This document shows, one piece after another, positions 14,014 to 26,700 of a stretch of 64,000 bases of DNA (its first letter is position 1; every line of letters begins with the position of its first letter). The translations under genes were made by a program, and so were the position numbers. A model generated the notes under the pieces. That model made no database searches. It saw only the letters and a program-made list of their open reading frames with translations, and had not been told where the DNA came from. The stretch covers positions 186,001-250,000 of the forward strand of contig JBPGPT010000021.1 in assembly GCA_051047955.1 (NCBI GenBank), in the 5' to 3' direction. This DNA is from Cystobasidiomycetes sp. EMM_F5. Taxonomy: Eukaryota.

Positions 14014-15165
14014 ATGCATGAGCCGTCGCACTCGTCAAGACTTGTCCCGGCATCTGGATTCCACCCCAAGCTGCTGACTGAGATTGTGAAACTGCAACCA
14101 CTTGGCTGGCGGTCGCAGTACAAGGCTGGAACGAGCGATGGTAGCGCAGAATCTTCCACATCCTCCACTTCGTCGGACGTAGCCTCTTCATCGTCATGCT
14201 CGTTGCATCTGCTGTACCATCTCAGCAGTTCCATCATCCTGGATCAGTATCAGCTGCGACAAGTTCACAACGAAGGTCGGCTGGTCACGTCGAGGCTGAG
14301 CAACGATGGCAGCAATGAACCCAACAGCAAAGGCAAAGGCCGTGCTCCGAGGATGCCGGTAGCCTCAGAGTTGGAGTTGGGCGGTCAGCTCGACCTGGAA
14401 GCACCCGTGTCACAAATTGATGCCGACTCTGTGGCAGTTGCATTGATCACAATCCCGATGGACACGAGAGCCCTCCCATCGGGGTTCCAGATACCTTCAG
14501 TGGACGTCACGGTCGAGCTGCCTCTCCACTTGAGATATCAGGAACCTGTCTTATCACGCTGGCTATCGGCTGATGGACGAAACGGGCATGGCGGACATTG
14601 GTGGAGCAAACACTCTAGATCTGAAAACAGGTCTGATATCAAACAAGTCCCAGTGAGCTGGCCGTGCGTATTCTGGGCATGCGAGACTGAGCAGTCTGAA
14701 GCCATGCAACGTAAGTTTGGTCATCGTCAACCATTTTACAAGCAGCTGACCTCGGCCGCACTTTCTCGTTCTGTCGTAGCTGGATCTCCATACAGGCTCA
14801 TGTCTGATGCGTCTTCCTGCGTGGGATATGTTCCGCAAGAGCTTCGAGATTCGGTCTCCACGTCTTCTCCGATGCACCCGCAAACAACGAAACCCTACCA
14901 CTACCTCCTCCGCATCCACAGTGCCCAGTCTGCTCATCAAGTGAAAGCTGGACTCAACGATGAGGGTGGGACGTCCATAGCTTACGTACCGACTGGCGTT
15001 CTCGGCGATGCCAAAATAGTGCATGTAGTAAATTTATGCGTGACTTGGATTGGCTTCCTGCTCATTGCGTACAAAGCATATACGACGAGCCAAAAATGGA
15101 GACGACAGCAACACCAAGCTCGATATATAGCTGACCAGAAACAAGAGGGAATCAAGCAGGAATAG
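14014..15165 (+). CDS. PBN1: PIG-X/Pbn1 family GPI-mannosyltransferase I accessory subunit
   Basis: GFHP, CSLHL...IILDQYQL, DLEAPV, LPLHLRYQ, WPCVFWAC and VPTG motifs plus a C-terminal TM helix. Probable in-frame intron from 14711. Confidence 0.8.
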   Translation: MHEPSHSSRLVPASGFHPKLLTEIVKLQPLGWRSQYKAGTSDGSAESSTSSTSSDVASSSSCSLHLLYHLSSSIILDQYQLRQVHNEGRLVTSRLSNDGSNEPNSKGKGRAPRMPVASELELGGQLDLEAPVSQIDADSVAVALITIPMDTRALPSGFQIPSVDVTVELPLHLRYQEPVLSRWLSADGRNGHGGHWWSKHSRSENRSDIKQVPVSWPCVFWACETEQSEAMQRKFGHRQPFYKQLTSAALSRSVVAGSPYRLMSDASSCVGYVPQELRDSVSTSSPMHPQTTKPYHYLLRIHSAQSAHQVKAGLNDEGGTSIAYVPTGVLGDAKIVHVVNLCVTWIGFLLIAYKAYTTSQKWRRQQHQARYIADQKQEGIKQE

Positions 15166-15540
15166 ATTTGCCATGTAGGTGATTAACTTGTGCAATTTCA
15201 GGCAGCAGTAGAGGTTTCAGAACAGTGAGACGTGGGTATCTGTGGTCTTACCATGTATTGTCCTCTGGTGTATCGAATAACAATGTGGGCAATCGTGTTG
15301 CACGAAAGAGGCGCAACAAGTAGGGTGCGAAAATAAGCCATCAATTGAGGTACAACGAAGCTTGAGAATTGTGGAATAACCTCGGCTGAGTGCGGAAGAC
15401 TGGCTACAGGAACTGAAGATGACGAAACAGCACTGCGTAAAACAGACGGAGGGTTCATGCGATGCGATGAAACTGCGAAAGGACAGAACGAAGAAGAGAC
15501 GGCCGGTATGGAACACCGATGAGCCTGTCAACAATTGACA

Positions 15541-16503
15541 TTACAAGATTTTGCAATTGGTCTTCTTGCGGATTTTCTTGATCAATTGGCTCTTCATTGC
15601 TTCTTTGAGAGCGATATCAAAGACTTGCTTGACGCCTTGCCCCGTTTTTGCCGAACATTCGACATATCTTGCTCCAATCTTCTGTGCGACCAGCGTTGCC
15701 TCTTGCGCTGTTACCGCGCTGTCTCGGCCTTGGGCTCTCAAGAGATCACGCGTCCGTTGATCTTGTCGCAAATCAGTCTTGGTGCCAACGAGCACGATGG
15801 GCACGCCTGGGCAGAAATGGTCCACCTCCGGGAACCACTAACGAAAGAACCTTGATCAGTATACGCAAGGCAAATCCTATGATTGGTCTGCCCCTCACCT
15901 TTTCCGTGACATTCTCGAGACTTGTGGGATAATCAACAGCGAAACATATGAGCAAGACGTTGCATTCGGGGTAGGACAGCGGCCTGAGTCTGTCATAGTC
16001 TTCTTGTCCGGCTGTATCCCACAGTGCTAGCTCGATGATCTTGTTCTCGAATGTGACTTTTGTCTGAAGATTTTCGAACACGGTCGGAATGTAGGCCTGA
16101 CGAGATTGACCGTTCGCACTGTAGACGTCAGCACCATATAAAAAACCACCAAAATGTTCCAGCCCACCTCTGGAAAGCGATTCTCGCAGTATACTGTGAG
16201 GAGGCAGGTCTTTCCGCAGCCGCCGTCACCGACAACGACCAGTTTCCGGGCACAGTCTACCCGCCTTGGGGTTGCGGATCCGCCTGCAGCACCGGCCAGC
16301 GCACTGCCGCCCGATCCTTCATTGTACGCATCGTAGTATATCGCGCCGTCGCTGCTGTTGCTGTGTCCCATGCTCGATGACCCGTTACGGCTGCCTCTCG
16401 ACGACGCTGTCGGAGTCTGGCTGGCCATCCCCTGCGACTGCCCTGTCCCATCGTAGCCCGTGTCATACTGGCTCCGTGCAGCCTCAAGATATCGCGTGTC
16501 CAT
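15541..16503 (-). CDS. RHO4: Rho-family small GTPase, Rho4-like (3 exons)
   Basis: [41 protein letters not shown] and ECSAK motifs; polybasic tail and CAAX CKIL. N-terminal extension present. Confidence 0.85.
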
Positions 16504-16706
16504 ATTGTCGCAGAATGCGCAGACTCGACGCTGAATCAAGAGTTGAAATTGAGAAAAACAAGGTCCGTGCAGCTGGTCGCGTCAAGGGCACGTGATTGCA
16601 AACTGGCTTGTGACTGCAGAAGTTGATGTAGACAGCCTACAATCAATGCTGGAGAAGCCTCTTTCCATACTCTACCCTAGCCAGCTCGTACAATACATCT
16701 AATTGA

Positions 16707-18406
16707 TCAAACTCCTCTATTTCTGCGAGTGATCACGACCGGAACAGCCTCGTTGACCTGCATCATACCAAATCCGACTAGACGAAAGCGTCAGTCTGAG
16801 TTCATTGCGTCGTGGATAGAACACTCCTCACCTCTGCCCGGTTTAGGCGCTGGCATGGGTACGGTCTCCCCCGTGGCTAGCTTGAGATTAGCCGAGCAAG
16901 CCTTGCGTAGATTTGCAGCAGGTACGACAGAGAATTCTCGCAAGATGAGCACAATCATCACTTTGAGCTCGGCCATCGCAAGGTTTCTGCCCTCGCACTG
17001 TGTTGTAGTAGACGAAAATCATGAATAAGCCCCGTGATCACGCTCAACACATCTGCACGAGATCCACATACCGCTGAAACCCCTCCACCGAAAGCGCGCA
17101 TCTCTGGTAGGAGGCGAGCGCCATCATCTCCCAGGAACCGTCTGCCGTCATAAACGGCGGGATTTTCTCCCCAAATGGCATCCGTGTAGTGGCCGACGCG
17201 AGGGTAGCACACGGCTGATTCTCCGGGGTAGATGATTGTACCCTGACCCTCCGGACAGTCTTTGGATCTGCATGCAAAAGGCTCCGTGAAGACGGCTCTT
17301 CGCATGCTAGCAGAAGATGCGTACAGGCGCAACGTTTCGTTGATGATGCTGTTGAGGACTGGCAGGTCGAATGAGTGAAGCGTAGACGCCACTTGAGAAG
17401 AGTCGGACAGGTCCAAGTCATCAATCTCCTTGAGTAGTTCCTGCTTTAGCTGAGCATCAAGTTGGATGATGACTGTCAGAATCCATGTCACGGCATAAGG
17501 GTTGTTTGCCAATAGCGCCCAAAAATCGCCAATGACAGCCCCTCCAACTTGGAAGGGTGTATACGAGAACTTGTCGACGAGAAGATCGACGATGAGCTTG
17601 ACAGTATCGTCATCGCCCAGTCCGACGCAGCCCGCCTTTGACCACTTGCCAATGATCGTTGAGAGGTAACGACGCGAATCTATCGCTTCCGAGATGCCCC
17701 CTGGCGCAAAGTAAGGTTGTATGAATTGTGGGATCAGGCCGCCTGCGAGAATCGGAAAGGCAGAGTCGAGGGTGATGAAGTGACGCTTCATGGAGTCCAT
17801 CGAGATGAAATCTTGAAACTTGGGACCAAACAATGCATGGACTGAGCTACTGAACATCAAGTCGAACGCCCAATCGATCAAGTTACATCTAATTTCCGAC
17901 TTTGTCTCGAGCTTTGTCTTGTCGAGCCCAATACAGCGAATCAGTTCGAGGTAGTAGCGTTCCATCGGGGCGGGCACACGATTCTTTGGGACAAGTACGC
18001 GTGCGTGCATTGGAAAGAGAACATCTTGTAAATGATCTTCGCGCCAGGTATCGAGGCCAAAGACTGTGTTTGAGAATTCCTTGCGAACGGGGTAAAATGC
18101 CATCTCTTTGCTGTATGCACCTGTGTAGACCTTTTTCAACAGCGACGTCCCAAGAATCATGTGCTGGCTGAGCGGTGCGGGTATGTAGACTGTCTCTCCA
18201 TATGTCGCATGGAGTTCGAGCAGGAAATTGGTCTCGTCGGCACCAAGACGATACATTGCGTAGACTGCGCTGATGAACGAGGGACACAGCGGATGGAGCG
18301 AGTATGTGGGTCTCTTAGCGTATGATTTACGGACATTGTTAATGGAAATGGCAACGGGAATCGCCAGCACTGCGATAAGCAGGCTAGAGGGGATCCGGTC
18401 GAGCAT
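16707..18406 (-). CDS. Cytochrome P450, CYP7/CYP8-like (group IV type)
   Basis: N-terminal anchor and ExxR (ETLR). Heme motif FGGGVSA|CEG is split by an intron at ~17071-16998. Last exon VGFGMMQ...RGV* ends at 16707. Confidence 0.88.
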
Positions 18407-18747
18407 ATTGGGATACAGACTGGGTACACCTGCAGCTGGACGGGCCGATATCAAGAGCCAAGAAGCGAAGAATGGCCGTCGGCGCCGTGCTTTGCGCCGT
18501 TACAGGAGCCAGCCCGGTAGCCTTCTGAACCTATTCGGCCATGTTCGAGAATCCGGACTGCCTATGACCGAAATTTGTAGCCAGTGTTGAGTTCATGCAG
18601 GAATCTCAGTTGCTTGTGTGAAGCCATCATTGCCATAAGTCACTTTACGCCTGCCTACAGGGTCCAAGTCGATCATACGTGACCGTCAATTAGAGCAAAA
18701 GCATTTCAAATTGTTGTCAACTGTGTGCGTTTACTCTCTGAAGCAAT

Positions 18748-19722
18748 ATGTCTGACTGGGACGCGTCAGAAGATGAGACGCCGGCAGCCAAGCCCGTAGT
18801 CAAAGCGCCGATAAAGGCTGCAGCCGCCAGAGGAAAGTTTGCAGACGAGGAAAGCGACGACGAGCCGCAAGTTAAGGTAGGAAACAGCGGCAGATTGATT
18901 CGATGGCTCCAGGCTGATTGGTGTGTACCGCCTGGCTATCACCGCTGCATTCGCATACTCTTGCCCAAATTTGTCTGCAAACCATTCAGGAATCATGGGA
19001 AGACAGCGACGAAGAAGAGGTCGCGAAACCAGTAGCTACTGGACCACCTCCGCCAATTAGGCAAAAGGGTATTACGAAAGCTAAAATTGCTGCGAAAGAA
19101 GCAGAAGAGATAGCGAGGATACAGCAGCAGTCTGAGCGAGACAATGAGGATCCTGCAGCACGGAAAGAACGTGAGATCAGAATGCAGATGGAAGCCGACT
19201 TGGAGAATGCGAAATCCCTCTTTGGCGGGGCGTCGCTGTCAAACGGAGACGCTGCGACAGAAGGAAACAGTATATCCTCACTCATATCGCTCGCAAACCC
19301 AAAGACAAAGGCAGACTTTGAACAGCTGTCCGACGCCCTCTCCAAGCAGATAGTCGATCTGTACGAAAACAAGCCCCTCTATGCCCACTTTGTCGAACAT
19401 TTCAGCAGGCAACTATGTCTTCCCCTCAAGGATCTCGATGTGAAAAAGGTCGCTTCAACCCTGACAGCACTGGGCAACGAAAAGCAAAAGCAAGCAAAGG
19501 AAGCGAGTGGTGCTGGCAAAAAGGGTAAGGGCAAAGGGAAACCTCAACTTGGAGCTGTTGCTGCTGGATCAGCAAAAGCCGGCGTGACTGGGAGAGGCTT
19601 TGCGGCAGATCTCGATGCCCATGACACTGCGCTCGACAATGACTACGATGATTTTGTGAGTCTCCTTCATCGGTACGGTTGTATACATTTCAAGGCTGAC
19701 AAACTGCGAACGATAGATGTAA
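18748..19722 (+). CDS. HCR1: Translation initiation factor eIF3 subunit J
   Basis: Acidic N-terminus MSDWD...ESWEDSDEE, EADL.NA..LF, NPKTKADF, and C-terminal DDF|M* (intron 19656-19716). Confidence 0.9.
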
Positions 19723-20046
19723 TCTTCTTGCGCACGGGCCTCCTTCCTTTGCTTTTCTCGTCAGTCTCTCCCGCGCTCGTTGAGCGTTAGCTAGCTTGGC
19801 CTTGCTTGGTTGAAATGCTGTTGTTACTCTTAGACACGTTCGCCGCGTCTCGCCGCGATAGAATACTTCCTCATACGACGAGACCGACAACCTGACTACT
19901 CCTGAAATTGCAATGCAATACTGGCAAACTCATTCGTCCTCGTATCCGCAGCGTTTGCACATAGCCTCTCTACGACACTGACACGACAACAATTTAGAAG
20001 CTCTTCCAAGAAAGTCGAAAAAAGGTATAAAGAGTGGCGAACACAG

Positions 20047-23000
20047 CTAATTCTCCACAGAGATCCGAAGGCGTTCAAGACCGCCCACAAATTGCGCCGT
20101 ACTGTCAATGTCAAGCAGCAAGTCGTCCTCGACGCCTTTTCTGTTCCTCCCTTGTTGAGGCGTCGGCTCGACATCGCTCTTGATGCGCAAGCCCTGCTCG
20201 TTGGCGAGATGTAGCAAACAGATAAAGCAAAAGGACGTTGAGATTTCGTCCATCATTCCTGCAGGGTATACTTTGCGGAGACCAGATACGACCGACGTGA
20301 ATTCCTTTGTTGGCGTATCGTCAGCAGTCGCGTCCTGTAAGTTACTAGCTCGTAAGAAAGCAGGCACAGTTGCGGTATGAATGTATGGCTTACGTCTTCT
20401 GTATCATCGCCCTCATCGTTTGTCTCCTTGTTCTTGGGCGGTACCACATCTATTGCCAATTGCCTCCATATATTCTCCTTGAGCTTCTTGACATCCACGC
20501 GCTTCGAAGTCTTTGCATAGCTGAGAAGGGGTGGCCTTGCCCGTTTCACTTGAGCCTGGGTAGCCGCTAGCAATTCCTCTTCCTCCTGACTCTCTTTCCG
20601 GTCTGCAGCATCCGTGTTGTTATTGGCTGCATCGGGGATGTACGGAGCGCCTAGGTTGTCAATTCCACCTTCAAACTCATCGCCTCCCATGGGCAAGTCG
20701 TCGTAATCTCCGCCGTCGTCACCGTCGTCATGGAAGAATTGCGTATCGAAGGGTAAGGCGGGACCCATATCGTCGTCATCATCGTCTGCGGATACATCAC
20801 GAAGATTAGCCAAACCGATGCACTTGAGCAGCGACGCCAGCAATCACCATTTGCAGCATTTGGATCTGCTTGAGCAGCGGCGGCGGCTGCCCAGTAATGC
20901 TGATCAATCTCTCCGCCTTCCTTTGGAGCAGTACGTTGCAGCCGTCGGCGCATATTGATCTGAGCACAGGGCTATCGTCAGAAGGCTGCTGTTTTTCTGC
21001 CGTCAATCTCGAGACTCACTGTAGCTTTCGGCTTGAGGAAGAGTCGCAGAAGCTGCTGCGAGCTAAAGTGTTTATCGTCGGGAAGAAGATAATCCTCTCT
21101 CTTCTCTTTCACCGTTCCTCTTTTTCTCTTACTTCCGGCCAGTACAATAGACGCCGAGCTCTTTGCGACTAGAGTCTTCTTGTCTGGGGCAGTTGATTCC
21201 ACCGAGAAGTCGATACTGAAGGGTGCTTTCGGTGTCTTCTTCTTTTTGCCGGTTGCACCGTCACCATCTCCCTTGTGCTCGTCTGTACCATTCATCTGAC
21301 CGTATCGCATCGTACGGCGCATCTTCCAATGTTCCGGTCCAGCCCAATTCTTGCCAACGGTCGCATCAAAGTATCCAAATATTTCTCGATGTCCACCATC
21401 TCCTCCGATACCAAAGACGACTTCTCGTTCATCTGGCGCCATTCGAGGATCGAAACCCTGCATGTCACCCAGATGACGACCGCCAGCAGCCGGCTCGAAA
21501 CGTTGACCGACACCTCCGTCTTCACCGTCCGAGTCATCCCCTCCACCATGGTGCTCAAACAGAGGAGGCCCATCGTACCCATTATCAAATTCCATACCCC
21601 CATCATCGTGCCCTCCAAAAGCTGGTACAGGCGCATCGTCGAAAAAATCAACAGGACCATCTTGTCCTGCTGCTTGAACGGAATCACCACGATTATTGCC
21701 GTCAATAAGGTCTGGCGCAGTCGATGTAGAGGCTTCCAGTCCGTTCCGCGACAAGAGGGAAAGGTCCAGGAATCCAGGATCTGAAGAGAATTTGAAGCTA
21801 GAGAATGACGGACAAATGGTCATTTCGTGAATGTCATCCAAGTTTGGTACAAATTTAGCTAGTCGTGCGGACAATTTTTCAGCGTCGATGACTTTTCTCG
21901 CACACAAGTCAGTCGAGCCTTACCTCGTAATTTACTGATGTCCACCAATAGATGCTTCTCTGCGTCCTTAGCGGTACCCTGCTCTCCATCCTCGCCCTCT
22001 TCATCGTCCACTTTGGCATCACCAGCATCAAAGACTACTCGCATCGTACTATCGCTTCCGAGGTGATTCATCAGTAGACCCGCAGCTCCACCCTCATCGA
22101 AATCTGCCGAAGTCTTCTTGAAGAGCGGATCGACTGTGAATTCGAGTTCTAGATCCTTTACCTGAATCTTGTCAAACGAAGGCGCAAGTGTGGCTGTGTG
22201 TAATCGAGTCGCCTTTTTCTTTTTAGGTCGTTGCGTACCGTCTCCTGTCGGATTGTCTGGATCATCGTCGTTCCCTTCATCATCGTCATCCGCTTCGGCT
22301 GCGGCTATCGACATCATCGTCAGCTGATTATCAAGCAGCTCGATACCAATTCAGACTTGCCAACTGCGTCCCCACTGAGACCATTCAGCAACTTGCCAGT
22401 CTCTGTAGCTACGCTGTCGACTCTGCTCGTCCAGATCTTGACGCACCCATCGAGTGTACACGATGCCTTTTGGAAATTGATACTCCCTCCATCATCTGTA
22501 TTTCGGAGCAGAGACATGTCGTGAAAGTAGTCTATCAATGCAAATGACCACGCATTGGACGAGTTTATTTTCTATACCCATGCCCAGCAACACCGAGGAC
22601 GCGTGTCAGTACAGAAATGCTGCTTGAGCGTATATTGTAGACGCACATTGTCAGTCGCCATCTTCATCCATTCCTCGTAATTTGTCGCCATTGCTTCTTG
22701 AGATATCTTGGGCAGGGGCAAGGGTCCTGCAGCGAGATCTTCCAATCCATTGCCGTTACTCGCTCCAGAAGCCTGTCTTCTGATTGCAGCTGCGGCATTG
22801 AGTGCGCCTATCCCACCACTGTGCAATACGAGTCCACTCGAAGTACGTCGTTGCAGTTGTTGTTGTTGTTGTTGTGGCGGGCCCGAAGGTCTGATTGCAC
22901 GGACTGCTGGCGAGCCGTGTGCACTCGCGCGTCTACCATCGTTACGCTCTGAAGAGAATGACGAGTTGCCGTCTCCAGACAAGCCTGGGTACTGTTTCCG

Positions 23001-23594
23001 CAGCGTCGACGGCAGGGAAGCGCGTCTCTGGTCGCCGTCTGCTAGACTCTGCCGACGCACAAGTGACATTTTCCCAGACAGCCGTCGTTTGTCGTTGTTG
23101 TTGAGGGATGCGTGAGTGAGAGAGACTGTACGCATGGGTGAGCCGTTGGGCAGTGAGCTGCTGCCAGCCTGCTGCTGACGGTGCAATGGATGCAACGGCT
23201 GCATGGCGTGGGTATGGCTGTGAGTGTGCCCAGACGATGCTGCAGAGGCTGTCGATGTCGCCGACTCGTGTGAGCCCTTTCCTCGTCGGGCAGTGCTGCC
23301 CCGCTTGTTTACTGCTTTGCCAATATCGACATTCTGGCTGTCCTCGTTGTCGTCGTCGTCGTCGCCGTCCGAGTTGCCCTCACTCGCGTCACTCTCAGCA
23401 TCCTCATCGTCCACCGCGCGCTTGCCCGCTGCTCCCTTGCTGTGCTGCTTCCTCGCTGGCATCGCGTCCTCGCTTCCGTCTTCCGAGCTGCTTCCATCGC
23501 TGTCTCTGTCGTGTCGTCGCCGTCGCTGTGCTGCGCTTGTACTCTTGGTGTTGCGACTGCTGCTGCTCCCATTGACTGCCGTCGTGCGGGCCAT
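20047..23594 (-). CDS. BRN1: Condensin complex subunit 2 (kleisin, Barren/Cnd2)
   Basis: EEWMKMATDN|KINSSNAWSFALIDYFHDM, NFQKASCTLDGCVKIWTSRVDSV, VDPLFKKTSADFDEGGA, NWAGPEHW, VDVKKLKENIW and FICLLHLANE motifs. Confidence 0.95.
22857..22874. repeat. (TTG)6 microsatellite encoding Q6 in the BRN1 N-terminal region
   Basis: Read directly; minus-strand translation PPQQQQQQLQ. Confidence 0.8.
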
Positions 23595-23758
23595 GTTGAT
23601 GCAGTCAGGGCAGTTGACAAGGCGGAGAGTGGCCGCGTCGAAAACGGTAAACACGCACTCATCTACTCGAAAAATGACTGGCTTTGCAGAGACGCACACA
23701 CCCATTCTAGCACTCCTATGACAACGTTGATGATGATGGTATTTATGATTTGTCTACC

Positions 23759-26700
23759 CTACGAACTGATCTCTGCAATGAGATCGTTAGAGGCAAGACT
23801 GTCACCTACGTGGACCAGAATTCTCTTGACGACACCTCCGATAGGGCTACTGACACCCTGCTCCATCTTCATGGCACTCATGACTGCCAACGTCTGGCCA
23901 GCCTTGATCGAGTCGCCCTGCTTGACTGCAATCTCGACAATGACACCGCTCATCGGAGATCCGACGCTGCCAGGCTCCTTTGTGGCCTTCTCCCGGCTCG
24001 CAGTAGTGACTTTGGCACTGTTGTCCTTGACCATGACGGCTCGCGCCTCCCCATTCAGCTCGATGAAGACATTCCTCAGACCAGTTTCTGGGTCTACAGG
24101 ACCGGTAGCGAGCAGCTTGATAATCAAGACTTTGCCTTCTGCGATTGCGACTTCAATCTCCTCTCCGACTCGAGGTTTGCGCAAGAAGAACCGAGTAGGC
24201 AGGCTCGACAGATCGCCATACTTTTCCAAAATGTCGCGATAATCTTCAAAGACTTTTGGATACATGCAGTACGAAAGCACGTCGGTAGATGTAATCGTTC
24301 GTCCATACTTTTCGACCAGCTTTGCACGCGCAGCAGCAAAGTCGTACGGTTTCATTGTCGCTCCAGGCCGTTTGTCGATGCGCGTCTTGTCTCGGATAAT
24401 CTGGGAACGTAACGGTTCAGGGAATCCACCTGGAGGAGGTCCAAGATAGCCTTGGAAGTATTCGACGACAGAGTTGGGAAAATCCAGCTTGTCGGCCTGT
24501 TCTTCCACATCCTTGCGAGAGAGCTTGTTGGCGACCATGTACTGGGCGAAATCGCCCACAACCTTGGAGGACGGTGTGACTTTGACGATATCGCCGCACA
24601 GAGCATTCGCATCGATATAACGGGCTTTGACTTCGGTCCATTGCTGGCCCAAGCCAAGTGATTGTGCTTGAAACATGAGGTTGGTGTCTGGAGTAGCGGA
24701 ATCCCACAATCAGCATGGACATGCACAGCAGCACCTCTGAACAGACTCACATTGACCGCCGGGCATTTCGTGATCGAAAACAGAGGAGCTGCGTAACGAT
24801 GAAACATAGTTGCAAAGCGGAGATGTTGGACAAAGGCAACCATGATGAGCGAGTGTTCTCAACAGGGCAACTGAGTCTAGGCTTACTCTGAACTCTTAAC
24901 GTTGGCATCGAATGGCGCATACAGTATGCGAACTTGGGTCCAGTACTGGTTGAGCGCCTGAATTGCGTGATGGCTTATGCCCGTACCGAGGCCAGTCTGC
25001 TCGAGTGCGCCGCAGATGGCACCCATGGCTCCTTGCGAAGTCATGCCCGACATGCTATCGATAGCGGCATCGACAATGTCTGCGCCAGCGGCTGCGCAGG
25101 CAATCATCGACGAGACGGAAATGCCCGCGGTGTCGTGCGAGTGGACATGAATGGGAAGGTCGGGATACTTCTTGCGAAGGGCCCCAACAAGCCTGTGACG
25201 GTCACGAATTAGCTTCCACTGCATGCTGTAGCAAGAATACACTCACATGGTCGCCGCTTGGGGCTTCAATAGCCCGGCCATATCCTTGATGGCCAAAATG
25301 TGGATGCCTTCTTTGACCAGCTCGTCAGCAAAGTCGAGGTAGTACTGGAGGGTGTACTTTGTCTTGTTTGGATCTGCAATGTCGCCAGTGTAGCACATTG
25401 CGGCTTCGACCACGCCACCCGCCTTTTTGGCTGCATCGATACCGAGCCTCATGTTGTCAATGTAGTTGAGCGAGTCAAAGATACGGAAAATGTCAAGACC
25501 ATTCTGGACAGCCTTCTTGCTAAATTCGTAGATAGCGTTGTCGGGGTAACTCGTGTAGCCAACCGCATTTGCACCTCGGACGAGCGCTTGGAAAGGAATG
25601 TTTGGCACGAGCTTTCGCATCTTGCGCAAACGTTCCCAGGGATCTTCGTGCAAGAAGCGCATTGCTACGTCAAATGTGGCACCACCCCAACACTCGAGCG
25701 CAAATGCATTCTGAAGGGCGTGAGATGTCTCTTTGGCAATGTTGAGTATATCGACCGTTCTCAGACGCGTCGCAAGCAGAGATTGATGCGCATCACGCCA
25801 AGTTGTGTCCATAATGAGACAGCCCTTGTATTCTCTGACTGCTTTTGCAAATGCAGCGGGACCCTCTTCGACCAGAATGTTACGCCATCCTTTCTGGCAA
25901 GGTACGCTGCAGTCGACAAACTCGCCAGGACGGCTTGCATCGGGAATAGCTGGAATGGGAATCTCATCGTGCAAGCCTGGGTCGCCCTGCTGACCAGCAA
26001 TCGATGACCCGTTCACAACGAGGTCTCCGATGTAGGCGAGCATACGCTGTGCTCTGTTTTGGGACGTCACGAGATGGAACAGCTCGGGCGTGTCGTCAAT
26101 GAACTGCGATCAATAATCAGTCAAATAGTTTGCTGCTTTGGTCCCGAAACAATTCACCGTTGTCCAGGTTTGGTTCTTGCAAAACACTTCGTGAGACAGC
26201 AATCTAAACAAGAAAGGGATGTTGGTCTTAACACCCCTGATACGGAACTCAACAAGCGCTCTGAGCATTTTTCGCCTGGCCACTTCGAAGGTAGCGCCTC
26301 TGACGGACACCTTGACCAAGAGCGAGTCGTAGTGCGGTGTGATCTGAGCACCTGCAAAACCAGACGACGCATCTAGACGAACGCCGTTTCCACCTGCCGA
26401 CCGATATACTTCAATCTTGCCAGTATCCGGCTGGAAGCCCGCTTGTGGATCTTCAGTAGTGATACGGCATTGAATGGCGTACCCTCTCTTGGTGATGGAG
26501 TCTTGCGTAAGCCCAAGCTCCGGCAAAGTCGCACCGGCAGCAACCTGGATTTGCGCTGCGACAATGTCGATGCCGGTAATCTCCTCAGTGATGGTGTGTT
26601 CGACTTGAATACGAGCTGGATGTAGGTGAGGGTCAGTCTCATGCACACTGCCTGAACAAGTCGCACGCACGATTGATTTCGATAAAGTAGTGTCTATTCT

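Noticed and set aside
23138..24412. Long plus-strand ORFs opposite BRN1 and PYC (and similar ones opposite POL3, ROM2 and REV1)
   Set aside because: These are shadow ORFs from codon bias of the real minus-strand genes, with no recognisable domains.
24842..24874. ATGATGA...CTGA (C/D-box-like) within a PYC intron
   Set aside because: It lies on the strand opposite the host transcript, is too short for a snoRNA, and the C box is altered in the duplicate.
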